Shown here piece after piece: positions 26,401 to 38,800 of a stretch of DNA of 64,000 nucleotides; within the stretch, counting starts at the first letter, position 1, and each line of letters starts with the position of its first letter. Below the pieces are notes generated by a model. The model saw nothing but the letters and a program-made list of their open reading frames with translations, was not told where the DNA came from and searched no databases. A program made the translations under genes and the position numbers. Location: the NCBI GenBank assembly GCA_958009085.1, contig OY253679.1:186001-250000 (forward strand), given 5' to 3'. The stretch comes from Protoeuglena noctilucae (lineage: Eukaryota).

Positions 26401-29400
26401 CCCACGGCCGCAACGTGCTGTGGCCCCGCCCGCCGGTACAGCTGTACCCGTCCGGCCACAGCCCCGCGCATCTGCGTGTGGAGACGGCTTTGGAGAAAGA
26501 GGAGAGGGCGAGGGAGGAGGAGCGGCGGCGGGTGCTGGCAGCGGGGAGCGCGGTGGTCCCTCGCGCCCGTGCGCTATCCCGTGGGCCCAGGCGGCCCCTG
26601 TCGAGCGCGAGCCAGTGAGTGGGGGTGTGGGGAGGGTAGTGGTAGGGTGGTGGGGAGAGGGGATGTGCAAAGGGTGGCGAATGCGATCGCATTGACATGG
26701 AGTGAGCACCGTGAGTGTCCGGCGTAACTCTTGTAGTGAGACCATTTTGTATCGTCACTGCCTTTCTTCTCCTCACCCCCCGCAGTGCCTCGGTCAGCAG
26801 CAAGAGCCGGGCCGACCTGGGCAAGGCGAGGAGCTTAGCAGGCGACCACGCATCGAGAGTCGACAAGGGCGATAAGGTCGATAAGACCAAGAGCCAGAAG
26901 GTGGTGGCGCCGGTGGCAGTGGCAGTGGCTGCGGCGGAGGATGCGCCTGGGCTGAGGGAGGTGCGGGGGGGGCAGCGGGGGGCTCATGCGGAGGCGGAGG
27001 CGGCGAGGGGGGCGGTGGTGCGGCTGGGGGCGTGGAGGGCAGGTGAGAGGGTGCGAGGAGGGTGGTGGGGGAGTGGCTGGGCAGTTGTGAAGGTGGGGGT
27101 GAGGGTGTGGGGGGTGGCAGTAGGGGGGCTGGGCAAATGTGAGGGCGCTGGGGTTGCAATGCAGGTTACACAACACTCGTATGCAAACCCCTTTCACGCA
27201 GACCCTCCGCCACCCAGCACCGACGCGGCCCCTGGGGCTGCGGAGGAGTCTTCACGGCGCCCGTCGCTGTGGCAGCCCCGCCACCCCTACTGGCGGGACA
27301 CACTGCGGGGGCTCAACTGGGACGACGAGCCGCGCATCACGCCCGGGGCGATGGTCGAGGTGAGATGCGGTGATGATCCTGTGTGGCAAACGCATGCCCC
27401 GCCATCTCGGCACCACACATCTCGTGCTTCACAACTCACCCCCAGCCGCCTCATGTCTCATGTGCAGTCTGCATGATAGATCAACAATTAATTCCTGCCC
27501 TCCCCCAGCGCTGCGAATTTCTGGACCTGGTCCCCAGTCACGTCATCTCTCATATACCATGACTATAACAGAACAACAACCAGTATACTCCCTCCCCCCA
27601 GTGCTGCGAGTTCCTGGGCCTCGTCCCCAGTCACCTGGGCGTGCGCGACGTGAGTGCGTGCTTCCACGCCGCCGCGCGCCACCTCCGCGGCCGCGCGTCG
27701 CGGGGGGTGCCCTGCGCGACCAGCCCCGCGGGACCGGTCCTCGACTACGGGGGATTCCTGGACTGCCTGGGGAGGTGCTTCGTGTGCGCCATGGTGAGCG
27801 TGTGAATGACTGTTATAACACACTTGGGACTCATCGCCGTGTCACTTTTGTTGTATTCATCCACACGTTCCCACGCACCCACTGACCAGCACCCCTCTCT
27901 TCTCTCCCTCTCTCCCCCTCCCCCTCCCCCACCACTCACCGACCCCCATCCCACACCTCACTCTCTCCCTCTCTCCAACTCCCCATCCCTTACCTCTCTC
28001 CCCCACCCACCCACCCACGCAGGCCCCCACGGACCCCTTTCTGAGTTTTTTCCTCCTCGGTGGCGACTGCCCCCTCCCGGGCGCACTGAGCGACGCTTTA
28101 GAGACCCAACTCACCGCCGCCATGCGACGATCCGCACCCAAGCGACCTGCCACCACCGCCACCTGTGGGGCCAGGGACCGACCGAACGGGCCCGGGGCTG
28201 CGCTGGCGATGCGCCGCGCCAACGAAAGAGCCGAGAGGGTGGCGCCGGGGGCTGGCAGGGGGGGCGGGACCGACGCGGGGGGACACGCCGCCGCACGGCG
28301 CAGCGTCGGGTCTGTGGGGAGGTGAGGAGCTGTGCGTGCGTGCGTGTAGGGCGAAGCGGGGCTGACCATTATACTTTCACATGTCTCCTTGTATCGCCAT
28401 CTGACTATTGCACTTGCTTGGTGTACGCCTGAGCTCCCCACATCACAACCCCATCCCTGCACTTGCCCGGCGTCCCCCGCAGTCGCCTGGGCTCCCTCCC
28501 CGAGGCCGAGGCGGTGCGTGCTCTGGCCAAGGACCTCCACGATCAGTGGGACGCGGTGACCAAGCCGGGGGGCAGGAAGGACCCCATCTTCGTCGATCAC
28601 ACGGCGGAGAGGGTGTTGCGGGAAGAGTACATGCCACAGGTGAGTGATAGAGAGCAGGGGTGAGGGATGGAGTAGCATGTGTGGTGCGGAAAGAATACAA
28701 CTCTTTCACAGAGTATTTGCTCCCACCCTCACCTGCGCTTCCACTCCCGCCTCAGCCCCCTCCACTCCACTCACACCCCCACTGACCCTGCCACCTTAAC
28801 CTCACTTCCATACCCACTCCCATGCCCCTTTCAGAAGCCCCAACCCACAGGCACCACCCCCACTCAACCAACCACATTAATCTTCCCTTCACTCCCCTCT
28901 CTCCCCTCAGAAGCCCCAGCCCACGGGCGCCACGACCTGGGGCACCTTCGGGGGCATCGTGCCCGGCATGCGCCCTCAGGAGGAGACCTTCCTGGTGTGG
29001 GTCAAGGACGAGTGGAAGAACCTGGGAGACGACCCGGAGTTTCGCATACAAAACGGAATGTGGGTCGAGGACCCCTCGTTCAAGTGAGATGAGAGCGTGG
29101 CGAGCGGACGGGAGCGTGTGGCTGGCACCGCGTAGCTGGGTCGTTGGGGTCGCGCCGGGCGCGTCGTGCAGGTTGTATTCTTGCATTTTTTGCGCAGCTG
29201 GGCGCGAATGTGCCGATCCGCGCGCGCAGGGTGGGGGGCAAGGAGCTGCCGGGCCGGCGGGCGCAGCTGCTTCGTGGCTTCGAGGAGGCGGTGCGGAAGG
29301 CGGTGCGGTCGGCGATGGACCTCACAGGGCTGGGATCGGAGGCGGCGTACGATCTCTGGGGCGCCCTGGAGAAGCACTCGAGGGACGGGAAGGCGCACGC

Positions 29401-29786
29401 CACGCTGCGCCAGTTCCGGCCCCTGCTGGGTGAGAAGCGGCGGGATAGCTGAGCATGCATGTGCGCTTGGTTACTGTTATCACGTTGGGAGTGCTGGAGT
29501 GTCTCAGGAAGGATGAGAGTGAAACAGGTTTGGATGGACGATGGTTGACGTATGTGTAGTACATATGTGTACTATCGATTCGATTTTCGTCTCTGCAGAG
29601 GAGCGCGAGGCGCGTCGGCACTTCAACTCGCGGCACCTGAGTCAGGCGGCGCTGAAGATGCAGCGGGGAGGCATGGAGTCTGCCGTGGCTGCGGCGGTGG
29701 GGGAGAGCGCGGACGGGATATGGCACCCGCTCGGGGCCAGGCCGCTGCCTCCTGCGGCTCTGGAGCCTCTCCAGGGCGCCGCCTGA
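23427..29786 (+). CDS. Large multi-exon protein of unknown function with long low-complexity middle
   Basis: A chain of GC3-rich, GT-AG-bounded exons from MAISGNSF (23427) through GAIFVLQVDRFGRKHYHL, SLWQPRHPYWRDTLRG, CCEFLGLVPSHL, LDYGGFLDCLGRC and ETFLVWVKDEWKNLG to PLQGAA-TGA (29784-29786). It may be more than one gene. Confidence 0.55.
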
Positions 29787-29863
29787 CGCACGCATAGCCG
29801 CCGTTTGCAATCGCCAGCAGCGCGTGCGCTGCGTTGGGTGAATGTCGATTCGTGGGTCTGGTC

Positions 29864-29868
29864 TGTAA
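29864..29868 (+). promoter_or_regulatory. Candidate TGTAA polyadenylation signal of the large unknown gene
   Basis: About 78 nt downstream of the TGA at 29786 and upstream of the SirB start. Confidence 0.5.
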
Positions 29869-30075
29869 CTTGACCTTGTTTGAATCTGCTCCCATCACTG
29901 CAACCAGGCCCTCGTTCTGCATCGTCCCTTGTGCCAGCTGGCAGCGCCAGTGCTGAGCGACAGCTGTTCCAGCGCCAGCCAGAACCTGCACCAGGAGGGT
30001 CTCCCCTGCCCCTCCCGCTCCCAAAAGCATCGAATGCCCCGACAAGAGTGTAATTCGGCAACACAGCGTGACTTG

Positions 30076-31034
30076 ATGGCGCTCGCTTGCGCCAAGCCCG
30101 GCTGTATCGCGGCGACGGCCCCGCGCGGGGGCCCTGCGTGTTCCAGGGCGCCTCCGCTCGGGACTTTGCGGGAATTGCGTGGAAGCCCGTCGCAGCGATG
30201 TAATACGTCTGAAGTGCGCCGTGGGTATCGATGGCGACGCAGCCGGCTGTCTGCCGCGCAGGTGGGAATGCTTTTCTACTGATGCATCCGTGCGTGGCAA
30301 TCCAGCGGAGCTAGCAAAGTCAGCGATGCGCGATGCCGCTTTTCGCTGCACTGCAGGGCAACGCGGCGTCGGGGAAGGGCATGGCGGCAGGGGACGAGCC
30401 GTTGGCAGTGCTCATTGTCGACCACGGCAGCCGGAGGAAGGAGAGGTGCGGGCCCGCTCAGCAGTCGCGCAGGATGAGCCTGGGGAGTGCGACCGCTCAT
30501 CGCGAGTGCCGCTCGCCCGCGACGCAGCAACGACATGCTCCTGAAGTTCGTCGAGCTCTATCACGAGGCCACGGGCATGGCCATTGTGGAAGGGGCCCAC
30601 ATGGAGCTGGCGGAACCCACGATTAGTCAGGCGTTCGACGCATGCGTGCGCCGGGGGGCGCGGCGCGTGGCGGGTGAGGGTGCTTTCGACTGCGCGCACT
30701 GCGGCGAGCCAACAAAGCCTTCGTTCTGCCCATATTGTGACTTCCACGCCCCGACGGGCCACCGCAGTGGCGCCCTACTTCTTCTTTCCGGGGAAACACA
30801 TTCAGGAGGACATCCCGCGGCTCGTCGAGGAAGCAGCGGCGTCGCATCCCGGGTGAGGAGGGACGGTCACGCGGGTCGCCTTACAGTCCGTGCGCGTCTT
30901 CGCGCGCCACAAACGGCGGGTGGCGACCTGCACGCAGCGTCGAATGGGTGATTGCCGAGCCCATCGGTCTCGACGTGCGGATGGCGGACGTGGTGCACAG
31001 CCGGGTGCAGGCAAGCCTGGTTCGGGCGGACTAG
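30076..31034 (+). CDS. SIRB: Sirohydrochlorin ferrochelatase (SirB/CbiX family), plastid-targeted
   Basis: AVLIVDHGSRRKE|SNDML, AHMELAEPTISQAFDACV, APYFFFPGKHIQEDIPRL, VIAEPIG. Five exons; TAG at 31032-31034. Confidence 0.93.
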
Positions 31035-31440
31035 AGCGCGCCAGGAGGTCCGTTGGAGAAGGATCGCAAGTGTGCCGTCCCATCGGCGGGTACGACCCTC
31101 GGGCTCGCGGGCCGGGCGTCGGGGCTGCCCTGCCAGGACACGGCCCTCGGAGAGCGCCCGGGCGCTGTCAAGGGCGCGCGCGAGTTTGTCGATGCGTGTT
31201 AATCGATGTGTTTGGTAGCGTGCGCCCACGCGAGCCGCAGATAGCTTGTCCACGGAGGAGCGCGGGCCGGAACACTCGCTTGCATTTCAAGGCAGTTTCG
31301 CGTGGAGCACGGGAAGTAAACATGGTGAATGCGCGGCCGATGCATCCTTTGTCGTGTCGATAATCGACGGCGGCGCGCGCGAGGCCGTCGAGGGCCTGTA
31401 CGGGCAGGATACGCGTGGGCCGTCCCCGCGCAGACACGCG

Positions 31441-32112
31441 ATGGTGGAGATTAAGATCAACCTCCGGGGCAAGCTGCTCTGCTGGCTGCTCTATGCCGTG
31501 TACATGGTCTTCTTCGTCGTGGCCATCGCGGGCATCGGGTCGCTGCACCACGACTGCCGCGCCGTGCGGACGATGGACACGTGCGAAATGATCTTCAGGT
31601 GGGAGCATGCGAGTGTCATCTTATACATTCTCAGACTGACATGCGTCGACGGTAGCTGCGCGACAGCTAGCTGCCCGTCCAACACCGCCTCTCCACACCA
31701 AGCCCCATGTTGCCACGAGCGCCGTCCTTTCCTACTGTCGCAGGAATACGTAGTTCATGACCATTTTCGCTGCGGTCCTCGTGACCGTCTTCCTCGCCGT
31801 CTTCCTCGCGCTGGAATGGCTTCAAGATGCCGAGTTCCGGGCCCTGTCAGGCGAGCCAAGGAGGCAGAGCACGTGCAAGTGCGTGGGGCTTGCTCGGCAG
31901 CTACCCACCAAAGCCCCCCCCCTCACCCCGCAGTGGCCATGCTAGTGGTGGCCAACATCCTGCTCATCCTCATGTGCATGGACTTCACGGACTCGACAGG
32001 CTCGGGCCTCAGCAAGGAGAACGCCGTGATGGCGGGGTCGGTGGGGTCGTGCATCGCGTCGTTCGCGCTGGTGGTGGCCGTGTGCCTGTACGGGAAGGTC
32101 GCGGAGAAGTGA
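31441..32112 (+). pseudogene. Four-TM membrane protein (LCI1-like), paralog 1, with an in-frame TAG at 31751-31753
   Basis: Exons 31441-31598, 31744-31850 and 31934-32112 give TM1-GIGSLHHDC...CEMIFRNT*FMTIF...TM2-4. Collinear with the paralog at 33635. Confidence 0.6.
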
Positions 32113-33634
32113 TGGGGCGTGTAACTTAGGGCTTAAGTGATGAGGCCTTTGAACCCAGGGTTCACCCGGAGAGGGCTCTGTCCCCGCTCGCACGCGCGCC
32201 CATTTAAGCTGCCGGCACGCTCCAGCTGGTACATTTCCGACGTTTGAGCTCTCTGGCCCTCGACAGTCTCCCTCGGCCCTTTAGCTCCACTCCCTGCCTA
32301 AGGCACAGCTTCCTGGATGTGGAAATCTTGCAATTAAATCTTGCAATGAAATGCCATGTGTTTTGACAGTCACCGCCTGTCCATTGCTATTTACGTCCGG
32401 TTTATCGCGAAGTTTATGCGCGTTGGCAGCTTGGTACTCACTCAACGTTCCGTGATGGAGGAGATCGCGTTGGCGAGGCGGCCTAGCGTGGGCAACCAGG
32501 GCGCATGCAAACCCATTGATGCGTTCATCTGGGAGGATGCGAGGCTGAGCGGGGAGGCTTGCTGTGTCTATTAATTATATGTATATTTAACAAGCCGTCT
32601 CTGCAGTCCTGCTTCTTTAATTCGCCTCGAGTCTTGTGGGACATGCGTGTTGCAAACGTGCATTCTCATACACGTCTTGCAGGTGCATTTGAACCAGAAG
32701 CTCGTTCAGGCTAGGGGCAAGATTATGATGGTTTCCTTGCGAGCGGCAAAAGCAGCGATAGTGCCCACCAGCACTCCTTGTGCGTTCTCGCAGGACCAAC
32801 ATTTTAGGCAAAGGAGCGACTGCCAGCACGCATAGGATGTCTAATATCTTCGGTCGTATTAACTGACTCGCCGGAGTGCCAGTGAGACGTGCTGGGGCGA
32901 ACTAGGATGGACATCCCGCATCCGGACATATTATGGCAGTGCTGCCCATCTTGGCGACCCGCGCACGGAGCAACCGATGCTGCCGGACCTAATGTCTAAG
33001 CTGAGTGCCCACGACTGAAGCACGAGCGGCAGCGACGAAGAGAGTCGCTGGAAACAGGTGGGTGTCAGGACCTGCCGAGGGTAAACCAGGAATGGGAGAG
33101 CATTTGTGCGGCAGATTGACAGGGCGGCCCTCAAAAGTGCACGTCCGTCTCACGATTTATCGACGACAGTGTCGCTTACGCTGTGATCCCGCCTGGGCTT
33201 CAAGCAGGTGACTCGGCTCGCATAATCTCGCTCGCAAAAGCCAAATTTTCCAAAATGTGCGACGCCACTCAATTTCATTTGCGCCACATGAGTTGCCTCT
33301 GCGCGCTGCGGCCGTTTTGAGCCGCCGGGCGGGTGTAGCGGCGGGGTGTGGGCCAGCCCCCAGTCGGTAGCCGCCATCCACATTTGGGGCCCTCGACCGA
33401 GGCGCCGGTGGCATGCCCCGTTAGATCGCCTCCGTTTCCACGCGGCAGCGCGGCGTGGGCCGCCGAGACGGCCTGTCGACGCCGACGTGGCGGCCTGCCA
33501 CCACAACGGCTCGGCTCGGCTCCTCCGCCTATCGGCGCTCGCGGCGGCCCGCACGCCACGGTGTGCGCGTGTAATACACTCGTTAGCGACGAAATCCGTC
33601 CTCTGCTTGCAGGTATAACGCCTGCTCCGTCAAG

Positions 33635-34456
33635 ATGGCGTCCGTGCTGGGTGAGTGCATGCCGGGATGCCGCCGCATGCGACGGCGCCTCGGCTGTGGG
33701 CGGGCGCCGCGCCGTCGGGTAGGCGTGGCAGAGGCCTCCGCGCTGCGGCGGGGTCTGCGGCCGACGCTGCCACCACCGGGCGGACTCGTCTTAGTAAGTT
33801 TCACCACCGCATGCCCCCCTCGCAGCAATCGTGTGGTCGTGGATTTCGGTCCTGCTCTACATCGCGGGGGCAGCCGTCTGTTACGGCGGTCTGGGCCACC
33901 AGAACAAGCAGTGCAGGTGCGGTGGGGGCCGGGGATGACCTACCTGTCGCAGCCGCCCAAATGCCAATCGCCACCTCCCCATAACACCAAGGCGTTTCAT
34001 CCCCTTCTCCTCCGCAGGGACAACTCCAGCCAGAAGGACTGCGAGAAGCTGTACCGCAATGACTGGTTCCTGGTAAGCAGCTCGCAGCACGCTATTCTGG
34101 GCTGGCGATGCTGACGTGGCTGCTTGCCAAGACGCAACCCCTCTCTGCTCCCCCACCCACCCCCGCAGATCCTCTTCAGCTTCGCGCTCATGACCGTGTT
34201 CTTCGCGCTGCCCCTGGCGTTCGGCATGTTCAAGAAAGCGTGCTACCGCACCATGTCGGCCTCGATGATGGCCATCGCCACGGTGCTCCTGATCATGCTC
34301 GGCATGAACTTCAGCATGGCCGACAACGCCAACACCCGCGCCATTGTCGCCGGCGCCGTGGCGGACGCCATCGTTGGCTTCGACATGATTATCTGCGCCA
34401 CCGTGCTGCACGACGATGCCGCCACCAAGGGCAAGGAGGACGACTCGCGGGTCTGA
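33635..34456 (+). CDS. Four-TM membrane protein (LCI1-like), paralog 2, intact
   Basis: Exons 33635-33650, 33826-33916, 34018-34072 and 34169-34456 give MASVLAIVWSWISVLLYIAGAAVCYGGLGHQNKQCRDNSSQKDCEKLYRNDWFLILFSF... The TM-GL..Q..C...C...[FY]R..W pattern is recalled from Chlamydomonas LCI1-type proteins; the family call is tentative. Confidence 0.65.
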
Positions 34457-35864
34457 GACTCGCCGGGCCGATGCCGATGCCGATGCCAACGCCCGTTTCA
34501 GGCGTATTGGCACGCAACACGCAACACGCGCGCGCTTGCGGCAGCTCCCTGCGCGGCAGCCCGTGCTTGTGCCCCGCTCGCGATTTGAACGATCCGTGAG
34601 CCCCAACTGGACTGTCTGTGACAAAGACAATTGATGCGAAGCACACTTGGCAGTCATGTGTCGTGATACCATATTCGAATTCAAAGGGCAGAGGACGAGA
34701 GCGCAAGCGGGCGAGTGTGCTGCGACGGGACGTGCGATGCATGCAGGGCTGCGCGTGCCACAACGATGCGTACTCTGCGCGTGGTTTGACCACGCGCCTC
34801 GTCGCCACGAGGTGGGAAAGGGGTGAGAAAGAGAGAGTGGGAAATCAACTCTGCAGAGCGCGCACGGTCAGGCGTGGCAAGATCGGAAGCCATGCGTACC
34901 GACACACGCGATAGTGTGGGACCGAAGGGGCAGTACAAACGAAGCGGCAGGCAGCCGGGCGGAGGGCGTAACGAGCGACTCTCCCTGCTGCCTCCGGCAC
35001 CGCCAACCGAGGCCGAACCGATGCCTATCCTAGAGCCCTGCGCGACTGGCAGCGCGGCGGGCCTGCCTGGGCAGCAAAGCGAAGCGAAGCAAAGCAAACG
35101 CTCGAGAAGTAACGCTAAGGTCGCCTAATCCGCGAGCTCGCGGTGGAGAGAAACAGGGGACCGGGGTATTGGGAAGGAGTGGCGAGGCATGCGTGTCGTA
35201 TTACACGCCCGGCAAGGAGAGGGCCAGGCACGAGCAGCAAGGGGCGATGACTGGCACATGGTCGAGCAAACGGTCTTCGCCAAATCCCCTCCACGCTCTC
35301 CCCCACCGCGCCGGTGTGGCGGACGCCGGTGTGGCAAGTGCCAGTGCAGCGTGTGACTGGTAGGCACCAACGCAGTGGGTGGAGGCCACGAGGAGAAGAG
35401 TCCACTCCCAAGGGTCAGGGAGCTGTCAGGGAGCTTTCCAGGGAAGCTGGGCGAGAGTGGCGGGGAACAAGGCGGGAAGCAAAGCACGGGAGAGGCGGAG
35501 AGCGGGGGTCATCAATTGCAGTTTGGAAGGGAGGCAAATGGTCAGGGAAGGAAGCAGGGAAACGTGCCATGCGTGGGATGCCAGCACGCCACACTGGAGC
35601 GACGGTGGCTCTGGTGGTAGTAGCTGGGGTGGCTGGGGCGTTGGGGGCTGGGCGATGGGTGCGGGGAGGCCGCAAGCATCGCACCCCCCACCGCACCCGC
35701 CCCAACCACAGTCACCAGCCCAGAGCTGAGATCACCCACATCAGCCCCACTGGACGGCCTGGGTGCGGCCGTTGATCGAGAGGCTGTAGCCGTTGCCGTT
35801 GCCGTGGCCCATGAACACTGTACCGCCCGCCAGGCTACTGCGGGGGGCAAGGCGAGCACAGGGA

Positions 35865-38800
35865 TCACGAAACGTCCCTAGGACCATACAATTGCTTTTG
35901 TATGCATCTCCGCAATGCACACAGCGCTCATCGTGCAGCAACGATTCCAGCCCCGCACCCAGCGTTGCACCGAACACCCCACACCCAACATGCGCCTCGC
36001 CTTTTCCCGTGCACGCTCCGCTCCTCCCTGTCCCCCTCCCCCAGCGCCCCCTCGCCCCTCGTGGACCCTCCCAGCCCCTCCAGCACGCTCCCAGGCCCCA
36101 CGGGGGGCCGGCCCAAGTACATCGCATCCTCGCCCTCCACATCGCTCTCCCCCAGCCCCGCCCCGGCGGGCGGGTTGCCCAGGCTCTCGAGCAAGCTGGG
36201 CCTCCCGAAGGGGAACCGAGACGCGAAGTCGCCGCGGCCCAGGGCGCCCCGGACCCTGGGACCGTCGGCGTCGTCTTCATCCATCGGAGACACTGCGGGG
36301 TTGTTCGCGGGCGGCATGGGACCCCCCGCGAGGCTGGGGTCGTAGCGGTCGTGCGATCGAGTCTCGTCGGTGTCCCCCAGCGCCTGCATGAGGCGCGGGA
36401 TCGAGTCCACGGCCATGAGGAGGCGGGAATCGAAAGACGACACGCGAGGGAAGCTCTCGCCGGGCACCGCGGGGGTGCCGTTGCGAGAGGGGGCGGCGGC
36501 GTCCGCGCGGCCATTGTGCAGCGCCTGCGGGGGTGGGGGTGGGGTGGGGTGGGATTGGTGGGAGTGTTGGGGGTGGTGGGAGGGGTGGAGCTCGTGGGGG
36601 TGGCAGAGGTGGTAAGGGTGGCAGGGGTGCGGCATGAGTGGCAGAGGTAGTGAGGATAGCGGAAGTGCATGATGGGGCTGCAACGTATGTTGGACAGCGC
36701 AGCCAAGGCATGTCGTGTGCAACAAAGAGGCGCAACGCCAGGCCAGCCCCCATGCCATGCATCCACCACCGCCACTCAGCCACTCCGCCACGCACCCTGG
36801 GCCGCCTCGAGTCGCCGCCCTCGTCGTCCGCCCCATCCGCCCCCTGCAGCGACGCCTCCCCGTGCCCATGCCCCTGTCGCATATGTGGGTCCCTTGCCAT
36901 CGCCATCCTCTCAGCCCTCGCGTCCTGCCTGGGGCTCGAGGTGTCCCGCATGCCCATGCCATCCATCAGCCGCTCCGTGCGGCTGCCCCCGTGCAGCGAC
37001 GGCAGGCTGAGGCAGGAGCCCGGGCGGCTGCGCGACAACCCCGGGCCAAACGCTTCGTCAAAGAGACCGCTGCGGATAGGAGAGAGAGAGAGAGAGAGAT
37101 GCAGGTGGGTGAGAGGATGAGAGGGTGAAAGGCAGAGGAATCCCAATCATCGATAGCATCGATAGCATCTGGCTTAGCTCACTCCAGTACATCAGCCATC
37201 AAAAGTGACCATGCTCCGCCCTCTCGACCCGACCAATCCCTACGCCAGCACCCACCAACCCCAATCCCCCATTTCACTCACCTCCGCATGCTCCCCGCTC
37301 GGAAAAAGTCGGCCCCGGTGCCAAACCCCCCCGGCGCCTGCACCGCCCCCAGCACCAGAGCCGGGGTCGCCGACGACGGCGCAAGCATCGACAGGCGGTG
37401 GCCCCCGCGGCCCCGCCCCGTGAGCCCCGCCCCGTTCGGCCAGACGGACCCCCGCGCCCCGCCCTCGCCTCCGCTCGCCGGCATCCCCGCACCCACGCTC
37501 GCCCCCAGCGCCCCCAGGCCGTACCCCATCGCCGCGCCCAGGCTAGACCCGTTCAGACCCCCCAACGGCGGCGTGCCAGCCCCGCCCAGCCGCTGCCGGA
37601 ACATGTCAAGGCCAGGTGACCCCCCCGCGATGCGCTCGCGCGCCCACCCTTCGTCGCCCTCCGCATCTCCGGCCCCCTCCGCGCCGCCCTCGTGCCACGA
37701 TCCCCGTTCCAGCGCCCCGGGCGCGAGGAGGTCCAGCCCCGGCCCCGCCAGGGACCAGGGACCCTCCGCCCACGCCCGCGGCCGGTCCCGCACCCGCGAC
37801 AGCACGTTGGCCGCCACGCCGGGCCGCGCCGAGGGGCCGGGCCGCGGTGGCGGGGACTCCTTCGCGGATCCCATGTCCATGGCGCGGCCCAGGTCGAACG
37901 GCTGGCCCGGGTGGGGTGCCGCGATGCGCCTCGCCCCCGAGGGCCGCCTCGGAGGCATGCCCCCGTCTTGCGAGGTGTCCAGGGCCTCCATGTACAGCCC
38001 GCTTTCGGACTTCGGGCCGGCGTCGGCGGTTGCCGGGGGCGGGCGGCCGCGCGAGGTGTTCTTGGCTGCCTTGGAGGGCGCAGCGGCGGCGGCGGTTGAG
38101 GCGCGCTTGCGCTTCCCACCCCGGCGTGAGCCCTGCGGGGGTCGGACCGAGCTAATCGAGCTGGTGAGCTTCGCGCGTCCAGCCGGTGGGTGGATGAAGG
38201 GAAAGCATGGCAACAACACGTTTCGCAGAGAAGTAGCGGCGCTCGCCTTTGACCCCGACCCCGCCCCGCCCCGGCTGCGCGAGTGGTTGGAGCCGTGGTG
38301 GTCACCCGGCGGGGACTCCCGGGGCCCAGACCCCGACGCCGTCTCGTCCGTCTCCTTGGCGGAAGTGCCAGTACCCGTGCCAGTGCCCGTGCCAGTCCCG
38401 GTGCCAGTGGCAGCCGACCCCGACCCAAGGCCTGCGACGGGCAGCGGAGGGCGCGGGTGTGCGGAGCGAGCGGCGCGGCGGCTGCGGCGAGGTGTCTGGC
38501 CCGGGGCGGGTGCGCCGCTCACCGATGCCGCGGCTGGCGGGGTCACGTGCCAAGAGCGCTTGCAAGGACGGCTGGCCGATGAGGAAGTCATTGTCCAGGT
38601 CCCCCGCCTGGTACTTGCGCCGCAGCGTGGAGTTCCAGTGGTTCTTCACGGCGTTGTCCGTGCGCCCGGGGAGGGCCTTGGCGATCTGCGGGGCGACGAC
38701 GACGACGGGGGTCGCTGTCACACGGGGGCGGTCACGCTGCCCATCCAAGTGGCAGCACGGCACAGCGGGACAGGCCACAGGCGTAGATGTCAAGCCGCGG

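Noticed and set aside
31751..31753. Alternative genetic code (TAR = Gln, as in some ulvophytes)
   Set aside because: The TAG aligns with Trp rather than Gln, SirB appears to terminate at TAG, and the conserved genes show no internal TAA or TAG.
32126..32164. Telomere-like TTAGGG and the palindrome TGAACCC-A-GGGTTCA
   Set aside because: Single copies with no tandem array; not evidence of a telomere or telomerase RNA.
32200..33250. Lower-GC spacer between the LCI1-like paralogs as a transposon or third paralog
   Set aside because: Only short stop-ridden frames; no transposase or RT motif, terminal repeats or paralog similarity seen.
38365..38410. Hexamer repeat encoding (TG)n in the MYB tail, and (GCCGAT)3 at 34466-34486
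   Set aside because: Ordinary slippage microsatellites.
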